Shown one piece after another: positions 28,672-40,434 of a stretch of DNA of 64,000 bases (position 1 is its first letter; each line of letters starts with the position of its first letter). The translations under genes and the position numbers were made by a program. The notes under the pieces are model-generated. The model was not told the origin of the DNA. It worked only from the letters and a program-made list of their open reading frames with translations, and made no database searches. The stretch spans positions 2,368,001 through 2,432,000 of the forward strand of contig OZ251539.1 of assembly GCA_965243135.1 (NCBI GenBank), in the 5' to 3' direction. Origin of the DNA: Alphaproteobacteria bacterium (GTDB lineage: Bacteria; Pseudomonadota; Alphaproteobacteria; MPNO01; UBA830).

Positions 28672-29706
28672 TCATCCGCCCGCTTCCCGAAGAATTTCGG
28701 CTATCCCGGTCAAATTCAGCCGTTCGGCCAGCTCCAGCGGCGACAGGTTGCGGCTCCGCCCGCATTGCGCATAGCCGTCAACTTTCAGGCCGTGCCGGAC
28801 GAGCATCTCGACGATCTCGCGATGTCGCATCGCAACCGCCATGCAAATCGCGCGGCGCGCCCGGCCGTCGACGGACGCCCCTTCGCTCAACAGAAGTCTC
28901 GTCATTTCCGCGCGTCCGAAAAGAACGGTCGCGTTAAGCGCGGGGCCCGAGATGACTCGGCCGCCCGCGAAATCCGGACGCGAAAACTGGATGACGGTCT
29001 CCGGATCGAAACCTTCCGCGGCGATCTTCCGGAACGCCTCGACGTCCCCGCCCTCGATGGCCCGGATCAAACTGTCGCCGGGAGATCCCTGCCGCGCCGT
29101 CGTTTCGGGCAGCGCTATGCCGCGCGCGCCGACCCTCGCCAGAAGCGCCTCCATGCCGCCGACGCCCACGCTCCCCGACATAGGGCAATGCAATCCCCAA
29201 AGCCTGATGCGTCCGCGGGTGCCCGCGTCGTCCGGGGCGGCGGTCAGATCGAATTGGCGAAAGACGGCGCACTCGCGCCCGTCGGCGGCGAAGACAAGAT
29301 ACTCCGCCTTTCCCAGCGCCGTCGTTGCGCTGCCTGCGCGGCCGAAAGAGAGAGCCTTGTCCTTGAACGGACTGAGCGACCTTGCGAAGTCTTTCAGATC
29401 GGTCTGCAGGTAATCCGGAAAATGGCGGCCCGGCGCCGCCTCGTCCAGTTGAACGAGCAGAACCGGAAGGGATTGGACACGGGATATCCAGACGCCGGAA
29501 TGCGTTTCGACCTTGTAGTCGGTCGCCTTGTAGGGGAGATAACGATAAAGCGCCAGGGTTCGTGCGACCTCGGGTCCGGAGAAGACGATTTTGCTTTCGG
29601 ATCGCGTCGTCGTCTCCCAGTCGGCCGCGGTCGCCGGCATGCATGCCAGAAAAAAGCAGAACGCCCACCCCGTGCCGCGAAACCGGCCCTTGCTTCTTGA
29701 TCGCAT
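28672..29706 (-). CDS. Secreted protein with C-terminal ankyrin repeats
   Basis: Signal peptide (WAFCFFLACMPATA); about four ankyrin-like units (LIRAIEGGDVEAF, ALNATVLFGRAEMTRLLLSEGASVD, AICMAVAMRHREIVEMLVRHG, SPLELAERLNLTGIAEIL). Confidence 0.72.
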   Translation of the reverse strand: MRSRSKGRFRGTGWAFCFFLACMPATAADWETTTRSESKIVFSGPEVARTLALYRYLPYKATDYKVETHSGVWISRVQSLPVLLVQLDEAAPGRHFPDYLQTDLKDFARSLSPFKDKALSFGRAGSATTALGKAEYLVFAADGRECAVFRQFDLTAAPDDAGTRGRIRLWGLHCPMSGSVGVGGMEALLARVGARGIALPETTARQGSPGDSLIRAIEGGDVEAFRKIAAEGFDPETVIQFSRPDFAGGRVISGPALNATVLFGRAEMTRLLLSEGASVDGRARRAICMAVAMRHREIVEMLVRHGLKVDGYAQCGRSRNLSPLELAERLNLTGIAEILREAGG

Positions 29707-29848
29707 TGCGCGCTCCCATGTTCGCTTCTCGACCAACGGCCTTCGCGCGGCGCCGACGGCGCTTCTTCAGGCCGAATCCTTTCCGGCCGCGGCGTTCGCG
29801 ACTCTTCTCGCCCTGCCCGGCGCGGCCGGAACGCGGGAGCCGTTCAGG

Positions 29849-31057
29849 CTATTTCTCCGGAAGCCCGAACAACCTCGCGGCGTTACGGCCGAGAATGTTG
29901 CGCTTCGCCTCCTCGTCGAGAAACGGCAGATCGGCGATCACCGTCGGCAGATCGAAATCCCAGTGCGGCCAGTCCGAAGCGTAGAGAAGCTGCGTCGGCG
30001 CCCGGATCGCCTCGAACGAAGCTTCGAGCAGCTTCATGTTCGTGCGCTCCAGAGGCTGGCAGGAGAAATACATCTCCGAGATGTACTCGCTGGGAAGCCG
30101 CTTCAGGTTGGGCGCCTCGGAAGAGCGCATCAGATACTCGCTGTCCAGCCGCTGCTGCATGAACGGCACCCAGGCGACGCCCGACTCGATCCAGACCACC
30201 GGCAGATTGGGAAAGCGCTCCGGCAATCCGTTGATCACCCAGTTCGTCATGTGGACGACGTTGCACAGCACGAACGAGATCGCGTGCATGGAAATGAACC
30301 GGTTGAGCTGGCCGACGTATCCTTCGTGCTGCCAGTGAGGCCCGGCATGGAAGCCGAGAACCTTGCCGCGCTCCTCGATCATCCGGTAAAGCCGCATGTA
30401 CTGGTTATGGTGAACCGGCCTGAAGCGCACGGACGTGATCATGAAGCCCGCAACCTTCGGATGGTCGGCGTAGCGCTCGACGATCCGCTCGCAGGCGCCC
30501 GGCTCCGAGAACGGCAGATAGAGCATGGAATGGATGCCGTCTTCGGTGGCCAGCACGTTCTCGGTCAGCCACCTGTTGTAGCCTTCCGCCAGCCCCACTT
30601 CGACTTCGACCTCCGGATGCAGCCCGAGCGACAGCATCGGCGTCGGAAACGTGATCTGGCGGTCGACCGACATGCTTTCCATGGCGCGGCGGATCAGCAC
30701 GACGTCGCGGTGCGCGCCGTCTTCGGCCGCGGCCTCTTCCTCCAGCCCGTGATCGTGGCTCACCCGGCCGCCGATGCTCTGGTTCGGCGGCCAGCCCGAG
30801 GTGTTCATGATCCCCGGATGGACGCGCCCGTTGCGCAGGAAACTCTCGGCGGTCGTGCGCACGACGTCGCTCGGAATCAGCTCGATGACCTGATCCCAGG
30901 ACTGCGTCTCGAAATGATGCGCATCGACGTCCACGATCAACCAGTCTTCGATGCCGCGTTCCCGTATGGCCCGCTTCGCGCGCGCCAGCGTTTCTCTCGT
31001 GTCGGTGCTCTTCCCGAGCTGTCCGAGCTCGCGGATCGGCTCCATTCCGCTGTCCAT
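29849..31057 (-). CDS. Amidohydrolase_2 family protein (possible decarboxylase/hydratase)
   Basis: VDVDAHH, GFHAG, ERFPNLPVVWIESG, LPSEY, LLYASDWPHWD, ILGRNAARLF. Confidence 0.9.
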   Translation of the reverse strand: MDSGMEPIRELGQLGKSTDTRETLARAKRAIRERGIEDWLIVDVDAHHFETQSWDQVIELIPSDVVRTTAESFLRNGRVHPGIMNTSGWPPNQSIGGRVSHDHGLEEEAAAEDGAHRDVVLIRRAMESMSVDRQITFPTPMLSLGLHPEVEVEVGLAEGYNRWLTENVLATEDGIHSMLYLPFSEPGACERIVERYADHPKVAGFMITSVRFRPVHHNQYMRLYRMIEERGKVLGFHAGPHWQHEGYVGQLNRFISMHAISFVLCNVVHMTNWVINGLPERFPNLPVVWIESGVAWVPFMQQRLDSEYLMRSSEAPNLKRLPSEYISEMYFSCQPLERTNMKLLEASFEAIRAPTQLLYASDWPHWDFDLPTVIADLPFLDEEAKRNILGRNAARLFGLPEK

Positions 31058-31079
31058 GACTGTCCTCCGTTTCTTTCCT

Positions 31080-31946
31080 TCAGTGCGCCATCAGCACGGG
31101 AACCTCCGCGTTCTGGAGCACGTGCCGGGTAACTCCGCCGAGAATGAGCTCCCGCAAGCGGCTGTGCGAATAAGCGCCCATGACCAGGAGATCGGCGTCG
31201 GTTCGCGACGCCTCCTCGAGCAGGACCTCCCCGACCACCCTGTGGTCGGGCTCGATTTCGATCACTTCGGCGCTGACCTCGTGCCACGAAAGGTATTTGG
31301 CGATCTCCTGGGGCGGCGGACCCTGCTTCGCTCCCGTCCTGACGGAGACGATGCTGACGGACCGGGCGAATCTGAGGAACGGCAACGCCGCCGACACCGC
31401 CCGCGCCGCGCTGGCGCTCCTGTTCCAGCCGATGACGATCCTTTCGCCGACCGACCCCGGCGAGGACGGCGGAGCGATCAGGACCGGACGGCCCGTCCGG
31501 AACAGCGCCGCCTCGGCGGACAGTTCCCCTACGCTCGTATGGTCGGAACGCGCAGGGCCGACCACCACCAGATCGTAGGCTCCGCCGCGCGCCGCCACCA
31601 CGTCCGACGCCACCCCCTCGGCGACGTGCCAGGAGGCCGACGGAAGTTCGGCGGGGAGCACGTTCTCCCGGTAGTCGACGTTGCGCTCCGCCAGCATTTC
31701 GTCGAAGCGCTGCCGGGCCAGCTTGCTCTTGCGTTCCCGATCCTGCTGGAATTCCCGCGACATCTCCGTCTGGACCGCCTCGAACAGCCCCATCGCGCCG
31801 GCGGGAATGATCTCGCTCATCTCGCCCGTGACGAACAAGCAATCCGCGTGGCCGCCGAACTCGAGGGCCAGAGACAGCGCGGTATCGATCGCGCTTTCGT
31901 CGTGCGAGATGTCGCCGACCGGCACCAGCATGTTCTTGATCGTCAT
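31080..31946 (-). CDS. Universal stress protein (tandem USP domains)
   Basis: IKNMLVPV..DLVVVG..GRPVLIAP..IVIGWNRS..DLLVMGAYSHSRLRELILGGVTRHVL. Confidence 0.92.
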   Translation of the reverse strand: MTIKNMLVPVGDISHDESAIDTALSLALEFGGHADCLFVTGEMSEIIPAGAMGLFEAVQTEMSREFQQDRERKSKLARQRFDEMLAERNVDYRENVLPAELPSASWHVAEGVASDVVAARGGAYDLVVVGPARSDHTSVGELSAEAALFRTGRPVLIAPPSSPGSVGERIVIGWNRSASAARAVSAALPFLRFARSVSIVSVRTGAKQGPPPQEIAKYLSWHEVSAEVIEIEPDHRVVGEVLLEEASRTDADLLVMGAYSHSRLRELILGGVTRHVLQNAEVPVLMAH

Positions 31947-32258
31947 GGCCGCGTCCTCCGAATGACCTGCCGCAGTCTAGCGCAATCCGGGCGGCGGGCC
32001 ACGGTCTCCGTCGCCGGCTCCGTTCAACGCGCGCGCCGTCCGCCAAGCGGACGGGAGATCCAGCTCGCTCCGGGGCGTCGCGTCGCGACCGCCCGGCATT
32101 CGCGCTTCGTCGCGACGGTCCGCGGGCGCCCGGCGGACGGCGGCCGAAAAAAACGGCGCGGCGCAACCGTCCGGGCCTGCCGAAAGCGCCGCGGCACTTG
32201 ACGCGCGGACGGCGGAAGGTCAGTTTGCCCCGACGCTCGCCCAATCTGGAGTCCGACG

Positions 32259-33860
<1,602 letters not shown>

Positions 33861-33889
33861 CGGCACCGGGATTCCTGAAGGAGGATAGA

Positions 33890-35191
33890 ATGAAGAACAC
33901 GAAGCTCACGCGCCGGAAGTTCGTCGTCGCGTCCGCCGCCGCCGCCGCCGCGGCGCAGTTTCCGGCGCCGGCGATCGCCCAGGCGAAGACGATAAAGATC
34001 GGTTACGTCAGCCCGCAGACGGGTCCGCTGGCGCCTTTCGGCGAAAGCGACAACTTCAACGCCGACGGGTTTCGCGCCGCCGTGCGCAACGGCCTCAAGC
34101 TGGGGCGGACGACGCATCCGATCGAGTTGATCGTCAAGGATTCGCAATCCAATCCCAACCGCGCGGCCGAGGTCGCCAAGGAGTTGATCGTCGACGACGA
34201 GGTCGACCTGATGATGGTGGCCAACACGCCGGAAACGACCAATCCCGTCGCCACCCAGTGCGAAATCGAGGAAACGCCGTGCATCTCCACCAATTGCCCG
34301 TGGCAGCCCTGGTTCATCGGCCAGCAGGGCAATCCCGGCGACCCCGCGACGTGGAAGCCTTTCGAATGGGCGTATCATTACTTCTGGGGCCTCGAGGACG
34401 TCATCGCGGTTTTCACCAACATGTGGTCGCAGCTCGACACCAACAAAGTCGTGGCGGCCGCCTATCCGAACGACGCCGACGGCAACGCCTGGGGCGACAA
34501 GAAGCTGGGATTTCCGCCGGTGCTGGCCGACAAGGGCTTCAAGCTGATCGATCCCGGCCGCTATCAGAACCTCACCGACGACTTCACCGCCCAGATCACG
34601 GCCTACAAGAACGCGGGCGCCGAAATCATGACCGGCGTCATGCTGCCGCCCGACTTCACGGTGTTCTGGACGCAGGCCCGCCAGCAGGGCTTTCGTCCGA
34701 AGGCGGCGAGCGTCGGAAAGGCGATCCTGTTCCCGGTGTCCGTCGAGGCGCTCGGCGAGGCCGGCCACAACCTGTCGTCCGAGGTGTGGTGGTCGCCGGC
34801 GCATCCGTTCCGGTCGTCGCTCACGGGACAGTCCGCGGGCGATCTCGCGAAAGCCTACGCGGCGGCGACCGGCAAGCAGTGGACGCAGCCGATCGGCTTC
34901 GTCCACAGCCTGTTCGAGATGGCGGTCGACGTTCTGAAGCGCGCGGCGGACGTCGGCGACCGCAAGGCCGTCCGCGACGCCCTCGCCTCGACCAACCTCG
35001 ACACCATCGTGGGCAACGTCCGCTGGGACGGCAAGGGCGTGCCCCCGTTCGCCGCGAAGAACATCTCGAAGACTCCGCTGGTCGGCGGGCAGTGGCGGCA
35101 TGTCGGCGGCGGCAAGTACGATCTGGTCGTCACCGACAACCGGACGGCGCCGCAGATTCCGGTCACGTCCGAAATGCAGGCCATTTCCTGA
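33890..35191 (+). CDS. Branched-chain/aromatic ABC transporter substrate-binding protein (Tat signal)
   Basis: Twin-arginine leader TRRKF; IKIGYVSPQTGPLAPFG, KDSQSNPNRAAEVA. Confidence 0.9.
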   Translation: MKNTKLTRRKFVVASAAAAAAAQFPAPAIAQAKTIKIGYVSPQTGPLAPFGESDNFNADGFRAAVRNGLKLGRTTHPIELIVKDSQSNPNRAAEVAKELIVDDEVDLMMVANTPETTNPVATQCEIEETPCISTNCPWQPWFIGQQGNPGDPATWKPFEWAYHYFWGLEDVIAVFTNMWSQLDTNKVVAAAYPNDADGNAWGDKKLGFPPVLADKGFKLIDPGRYQNLTDDFTAQITAYKNAGAEIMTGVMLPPDFTVFWTQARQQGFRPKAASVGKAILFPVSVEALGEAGHNLSSEVWWSPAHPFRSSLTGQSAGDLAKAYAAATGKQWTQPIGFVHSLFEMAVDVLKRAADVGDRKAVRDALASTNLDTIVGNVRWDGKGVPPFAAKNISKTPLVGGQWRHVGGGKYDLVVTDNRTAPQIPVTSEMQAIS

Positions 35192-35232
35192 TCCCTCCGC
35201 CCGGGCTTCCTGCCCGGGCGGCCGCCCCCGCC

Positions 35233-35949
35233 ATGCTGCTGCAGCTCAGCGATCTCTCGAAAGCCTTCGGGTCGGTGGTCGTCGCCGACCGACTCGACCT
35301 GTGGGTCGCCGAAGGCGCGGCCATCGGCATCGTCGGCCCCAACGGCGCCGGCAAGTCTTCGCTGTTCAACCTGATCACCGGCGAACTGGCGCCCGACAGC
35401 GGAACCGTGCTGCTCGGCGGCCGCGACCTGACCCGCGCCGCGCCGCCGGAACGCTGCCGCGCCGGCATCGGCCGCTCCTATCAGATCCCGCAACCCTTCG
35501 AGACGCTGACCGTGTTCGAGAACCTGCTGGTCGGCGCGATCTACGGTCGCGGGCTGCGCAAGGCCCAGGCCGCCGAGCATTGCGGCGAGGTCCTGGAACG
35601 AACGCGGCTGCTCGACCGCGCCAACCGGACCGCCGGATCCCTGTCGCTGCTCGAGCGCAAGAGACTCGAGATGGCGCGAGCGCTGGCGACGCGGCCGCGC
35701 TTGCTTCTGCTCGACGAGATCGCCGGCGGGCTCACCGAACAGGAATGCGCGGACCTCGTGGCCACCATTGCCGACATCCACCGCAGCGGCGTCACCATCG
35801 TCTGGATCGAACACGTCGTCCACGCTCTGCTGGCGGCGGTCGAACGGCTGGTGGTGCTGGATTTCGGACGGCTGATCGCCGACGGCGACCCGCGCGCCGT
35901 CATGGCGTCCCGCGAGGTCCAGGAAATCTACACGGGGCTGACGGAGTAA
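35233..35949 (+). CDS. livG: Branched-chain ABC transporter ATP-binding protein
   Basis: GPNGAGKSS, LSLLERKRLE, LLLDEIAGG, WIEH. Confidence 0.9.
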   Translation: MLLQLSDLSKAFGSVVVADRLDLWVAEGAAIGIVGPNGAGKSSLFNLITGELAPDSGTVLLGGRDLTRAAPPERCRAGIGRSYQIPQPFETLTVFENLLVGAIYGRGLRKAQAAEHCGEVLERTRLLDRANRTAGSLSLLERKRLEMARALATRPRLLLLDEIAGGLTEQECADLVATIADIHRSGVTIVWIEHVVHALLAAVERLVVLDFGRLIADGDPRAVMASREVQEIYTGLTE

Positions 35950-36429
35950 TGGCGCTGCTCGAGACGCGCGGCCTCGTCGCCCGCTACGGCGACTTCCAGG
36001 CGCTTTACGGTATCGACACCGAACTCGGCGAGGGCGAGACCATCGCCGTTATCGGCGCCAACGGCGCCGGCAAGTCGACCTACCTGCACAGCATCGTCGG
36101 ATTGCATCCCGGCGGCGGCGACGCCGTGCTCCTCGACGGCCGTCCCATCGGCCATCTGCCGCCCTCGGAAATCGTCGGGCTGGGCGTGGCGCTGGTGCCG
36201 GAAGGCCGAAGGCTGTTCGCTTCCCTCAGCGTCGAAGAAAATCTGCGGATCGGCGCGTACGGGCGCAAGCGGCCGGGATACTGGACCCTGGAAACCGTGT
36301 TCGCGCTTTTCCCGGCGCTGGCGGAACGGCGCCAGTTTCCGGCCAACCGGCTGTCGGGCGGCCAGCAGCAAATGGCGGCGTTCGGCCGCGCGCTCATGTC
36401 CAATCCGCGAGTCCTGCTGTGCGACGAGG

Positions 36430-38077
36430 CAGCAATTCCCGCTAAGGCTCGAAACCCTTGAAAAATATGGGGCCGGAAAAAAGTCTTTCGTGGACTTTTC
36501 GAGGTGATTCGGGGCTATTTGCCTTCGAGCGGAGCATTTTTCTCTGGAAAGTGGTCCGAAGGCGAGGCGGGATTGTACCAAAATGGCCAGAATGCCAGGC
36601 ATGCGCAAGACGCTCAGCGCTCCGGGATTGCTGAAGGAAGTGCGAGCTTGTTTCGACCGTATTGAAGATCCGATCGCGAGCCGGGGGCTGAACCAGACGG
36701 ACTGTCTGATGTCGGGTCTAGCGGTGTTCGGTATGAAGTATGCGTCGCTTCTGCAATTCGACGAAGCCGCGCACGCCGACGAAGCGGTTCGGCACAACCT
36801 CGCGACCTTATACGGCGTCAAGCGCGTGCCGTCGGACACTGCGATGCGCGAACGGCTTGACGAAGTCTGTCCGCGGCAATTGCGGCGTTGTTTCACGAAG
36901 ATGTTCCAGGTTTTGCAACGAGGCAAGGGGTTGGAACAATACACTTGTCTGAACGGGCATTACGCTCTTTCGATCGATGGAACGGGATACTTCTCGTCGA
37001 ACAAGGTGCACTGTAAAAATTGCTGCGAGAAACACCACCGCGACGGTACGATTACCTACTACCACCAGATGTTGGGGGCCGTTCTGGTGCATCCGGAACA
37101 AAAGGAGGTTTTTCCGTTTGCACCGGAACCGATCCTGAAGGAAGACGGCGCAAAAAAGAACGATTGCGAACGCAACGCAGCGAAACGGCTTCTGGAAGAT
37201 GTGCGTCGTGAACACCCGCACCTGAAGCTAGTTGTGTTGGAAGATGGGCTGGCCTCGAACGGACCACATGTCAATCTTCTCAAGGAGTTAGACATGCGTT
37301 TCATACTGGGGGCGAAGCCCGGCGACCACAAATTCCTGTTCGAGTGGGTCAACAACGCGCCGTCCGTGGAGCGCCGGGAGTTCACGGACGGTGACAACAT
37401 ACGGCACGAATTCCGGTATCTCAACGGAGTGCCTCTGAACGATACGCACTTCGACCTCAAAGTGAACTTTCTCGAATACTGGGAGAAGCTCCCAAACGGT
37501 AAGAAACAACGTTTCTCCTGGGTCACGGATCTGCCAATTGACGAAGGGAACCTGATGGAGTTGATGCGCACCGGGCGGGCGCGCTGGAAGATCGAGAACG
37601 AAACTTTCAACACCCTGAAGAACCAAGGCTACTGCTTTGAGCACAACTTCGGTCACGGTAACAAGAATCTGTCGACGGTCTTTGCGTTCCTGATGATGCT
37701 GGCGTTCCTGATTGACCAGATTCAACAGCGATGTTGCAAACTGTTCCAACAGGCACAAACGAAGGCCAAGCGGCCCATTTACTTCTGGGAAAAGGCGCGG
37801 GGATTGTTTCTCGAATACTTCTTGAAGGACTGGGAAACACTCTACCGAATGATCGCGTTTGGATACCGGAAAGCAGAGGGAATTCCCTACGACACCTCCT
37901 GACCTGGCACCGTGACCGAATGTGCTAAAGCAAGTTTTTCAGGGGAAACAGGATGGTCAAGGCTAAGTCGGCACCAAGCCGAAGCGGGGAAGGTGCGTCG
38001 CGGCGGCTGATCCCTCGGTAACGACGCTATCTCGACGCGCCTTTCGCAAAGGGCGGCCACCTTAGCGGGAATTTCTG
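36430..38077 (+). mobile_element. Insertion sequence, 1648 bp, DDE transposase (ISNCY/IS4-related; family not certain)
   Basis: TIRs CAGCAATTCCCGCTAAGG (36430-36447) and, reverse-complemented, CAGAAATTCCCGCTAAGG (38060-38077), 17/18 identical; 9-bp direct repeat GCGACGAGG at 36421-36429 and 38078-38086. Confidence 0.95.
36583..37902 (+). CDS. DDE transposase
   Basis: Intact 439 aa: SIDGTG, HCKNC, KNDCERNAAKRL, LEDGL, GRARWKIENETFNTLKNQGY.FEHNFGHG; AT-richer than the flanks. Confidence 0.93.
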   Translation: MARMPGMRKTLSAPGLLKEVRACFDRIEDPIASRGLNQTDCLMSGLAVFGMKYASLLQFDEAAHADEAVRHNLATLYGVKRVPSDTAMRERLDEVCPRQLRRCFTKMFQVLQRGKGLEQYTCLNGHYALSIDGTGYFSSNKVHCKNCCEKHHRDGTITYYHQMLGAVLVHPEQKEVFPFAPEPILKEDGAKKNDCERNAAKRLLEDVRREHPHLKLVVLEDGLASNGPHVNLLKELDMRFILGAKPGDHKFLFEWVNNAPSVERREFTDGDNIRHEFRYLNGVPLNDTHFDLKVNFLEYWEKLPNGKKQRFSWVTDLPIDEGNLMELMRTGRARWKIENETFNTLKNQGYCFEHNFGHGNKNLSTVFAFLMMLAFLIDQIQQRCCKLFQQAQTKAKRPIYFWEKARGLFLEYFLKDWETLYRMIAFGYRKAEGIPYDTS

Positions 38078-38311
38078 GCGACGAGGTCTCGCTCGGACTG
38101 GCGCCGATGATCGTTCGCGACATCTACGCCGCGTTGCCGACGATACGCGAGAACGGCGCGGCGGTTCTGCTCGTCGAACAGGACTTGCGGCGCGCGCTGG
38201 GAGTCGCGGACCGCGTCTACTGCTTCATGGAGGGCCGCGTGACGCTGGAAGGGCGGCCCGACGCCCTGGACGCGGACGACATCCGCCGCGCGTATTTCGG
38301 GATGTAGCTCG

Positions 38312-39181
38312 ATGCTGACCTGGATCGACGCGATCTTGCAGGGCGCGCTGCTCGGGGGGCTGTACGCGCTGTTCGCCGCCGGCCTGTCGCTGATGTTCGG
38401 CATCATGCGGCTCGTCAACCTCGCGCACGGCGACCTGATCGTCCTCGCGGCGTTCTTCATCCTGCTCGTCGCCGACTCGTTCGGCGTCGACATCTTCCTC
38501 GCCACGGCCGCCGTGCTGCCCGCCATGTTCGCGACGGGCTACCTGCTGCAGCGGCATCTCCTGAACTTCACGCTCGGCCACGACATTCTGCCGCCGCTTC
38601 TGGTCACGTTCGGAATCTCGATCGTCATCCAGAACGGACTCCTCGAAAGCTTCAGCGCCGACAGCCGCCGCCTCCAGGCGTTCGGCCTCGAGACCGCGTC
38701 CTGGTCGCTCGGGGGCGGCATCGCGATCGGCGTCCTGCCCGCGATGACCTTCGCCACGGCCGTCGCCGCCATCGTCGTTCTGAACCGGATCATGTACCGG
38801 ACGGAGCTGGGCCGCGCCTTCCGCGCCACGTCGGACGATCCGGCGACGGCGCAGTTGATGGGCATCGACAACCGCCGGATCTTCGCGGTCGCGACCGCGA
38901 TCGCGTTCGTCGTCGTGGCGATCTCGGCGCTTTATTTCGGGAATCGGGCCCAGTTCGATCCGACCATCGGCGCGTTCCGCCTTCTTTACGCCTTCGAGGC
39001 GGTCATCATCGGCGGCCTGGGAAGCCTGTGGGGAACGCTGGCGGGCGGCGTCATTCTCGGCGTGGCGCAGACCGTGGGCGCCAAGATCAATCCCGAATGG
39101 CAGATCCTCGCGGGCCATGCCGTATTCCTGGTCGTCCTCGTCGTCCGCCCGCGCGGCCTTTTTCCGCGGACGACCGACTGA
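38312..39181 (+). CDS. livH: Branched-chain ABC transporter permease
   Basis: GGLYALFAAGLSLMFGIMRLVNLAHG, GRAFRATS, IIGGLGS. Confidence 0.92.
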   Translation: MLTWIDAILQGALLGGLYALFAAGLSLMFGIMRLVNLAHGDLIVLAAFFILLVADSFGVDIFLATAAVLPAMFATGYLLQRHLLNFTLGHDILPPLLVTFGISIVIQNGLLESFSADSRRLQAFGLETASWSLGGGIAIGVLPAMTFATAVAAIVVLNRIMYRTELGRAFRATSDDPATAQLMGIDNRRIFAVATAIAFVVVAISALYFGNRAQFDPTIGAFRLLYAFEAVIIGGLGSLWGTLAGGVILGVAQTVGAKINPEWQILAGHAVFLVVLVVRPRGLFPRTTD

Positions 39182-40242
39182 TGGCGCGCTTCCGCGTCGA
39201 AACCCGCACGCGCGCGTCGACCGCCGCCGTCGTGGCGGGCGTCGCCCTTTTCGCCGCGCTGGCGGCGGCGCCGGCCTTCGTTTCGCGCAGCGTCATCCAG
39301 GATCTGTTCTTCGTGCTGACGATGCTCGCGCTGGCGCAGTACTGGAACCTGCTGGCGGGCTACGCCGGCCTGGTGTCGGTCGGCCAGCAGGCGTTCGTCG
39401 GCCTGGGCGGGTACACCCTGTTCGCGGCGACCATCCTTTACGGCCTGGATCCGATGATCGCCGTCGCGCTGGCAGGTCTCGTGTCAATGGCCTTGGCGCT
39501 TCCCACCGCTCTGGTGATTTTCCGGCTCCGGGGGGCGTATTTCGCGATCGGCACCTGGGTCGCGGCCGAGGTTTTCCGCCTCGTGCTGGCGCAATGGAAG
39601 AGCGTCGGCGGCGGCACCGGCACCTCGCTGCCTCGCAGCGCGACCAGCGGCATCTACGGCCTCGACGCGATCAAGGAGCTGTTCGACGTGCGCACGTCGG
39701 CGGCGCGGGACATCGAAGCCTACTGGCTGGCCCTCCTGCTCGCCGCGGGGACGATCGCGCTGACCTGCGCGATACTGCGCGCCCGGCACGGCCTCGCCCT
39801 CGCCGCGATCCGCGATTCGGAGACCGCCGCCGGCAGCCTCGGCGTCCGCGGCTTCCGAACGAAGCTCTGGGTCTTCGCCGTCGCCGCGTTCGGCACCGGG
39901 CTGACCGGGGCGCTGATCTATTTTCAGAAAGCGCGGATATCGCCGGACGCCGCGTTTTCGGTGATCGACTGGACCGCGTTCGTGGTGTTCATCGTCGTCA
40001 TCGGCGGCATCGGCACCGTCGAGGGACCGATCATCGGAGTCCTGATCTTTTTCGTCCTGCAAAACTACCTCGCCGATTACGGGACCTGGTATCTGATGCT
40101 GCTCGGCGCGACAGCCATCGCCGTCATGCTGTTCGCGCCGCAGGGCATCTGGGGTTTCGTGTCGCAGCGCTACGGCCTGCAGCTGTTTCCGGTGCGCCGC
40201 CGGCTGATCGTCGGCGCGGGGCGGAAAACCGGCGACCGGTGA
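39181..40242 (+). CDS. livM: Branched-chain ABC transporter permease
   Basis: From ATG 39181: WNLLAGYAGLVSVGQQAF, RLRGAYFAI, AIRDSE, VVIGGIGT. Confidence 0.92.
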   Translation: MARFRVETRTRASTAAVVAGVALFAALAAAPAFVSRSVIQDLFFVLTMLALAQYWNLLAGYAGLVSVGQQAFVGLGGYTLFAATILYGLDPMIAVALAGLVSMALALPTALVIFRLRGAYFAIGTWVAAEVFRLVLAQWKSVGGGTGTSLPRSATSGIYGLDAIKELFDVRTSAARDIEAYWLALLLAAGTIALTCAILRARHGLALAAIRDSETAAGSLGVRGFRTKLWVFAVAAFGTGLTGALIYFQKARISPDAAFSVIDWTAFVVFIVVIGGIGTVEGPIIGVLIFFVLQNYLADYGTWYLMLLGATAIAVMLFAPQGIWGFVSQRYGLQLFPVRRRLIVGAGRKTGDR

Positions 40243-40434
40243 CGCGGCGAGGAGATGCGCTTTCCGGCTGCGGGCGCGCCCCGCAAGCGACCGCGCATCG
40301 GAGTTCCGGGGCGGGCCCGTCGACCGGACGAGCCGCCGGCAAAACGCGGCGCGCGCGCCGCAGGCCGGAATCGACTTGGAGCGGAGCCCGTGCTAGACTC
40401 CCGCTCCGTTGATCGTCAAGGGGAGAACTGTTCC

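Larger units (their letters stand above)
35949..38307 (+). pseudogene. livF: livF-type ABC ATP-binding gene split by an IS (5' part 35949-36429, 3' part 38087-38307)
   Basis: GANGAGKST, LSGGQQQM..LLCDE, then the IS, then VSLGLAP..LLVEQ..AYFGM*. Removing the IS and one TSD copy gives a 702-nt intact frame. Confidence 0.93.
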
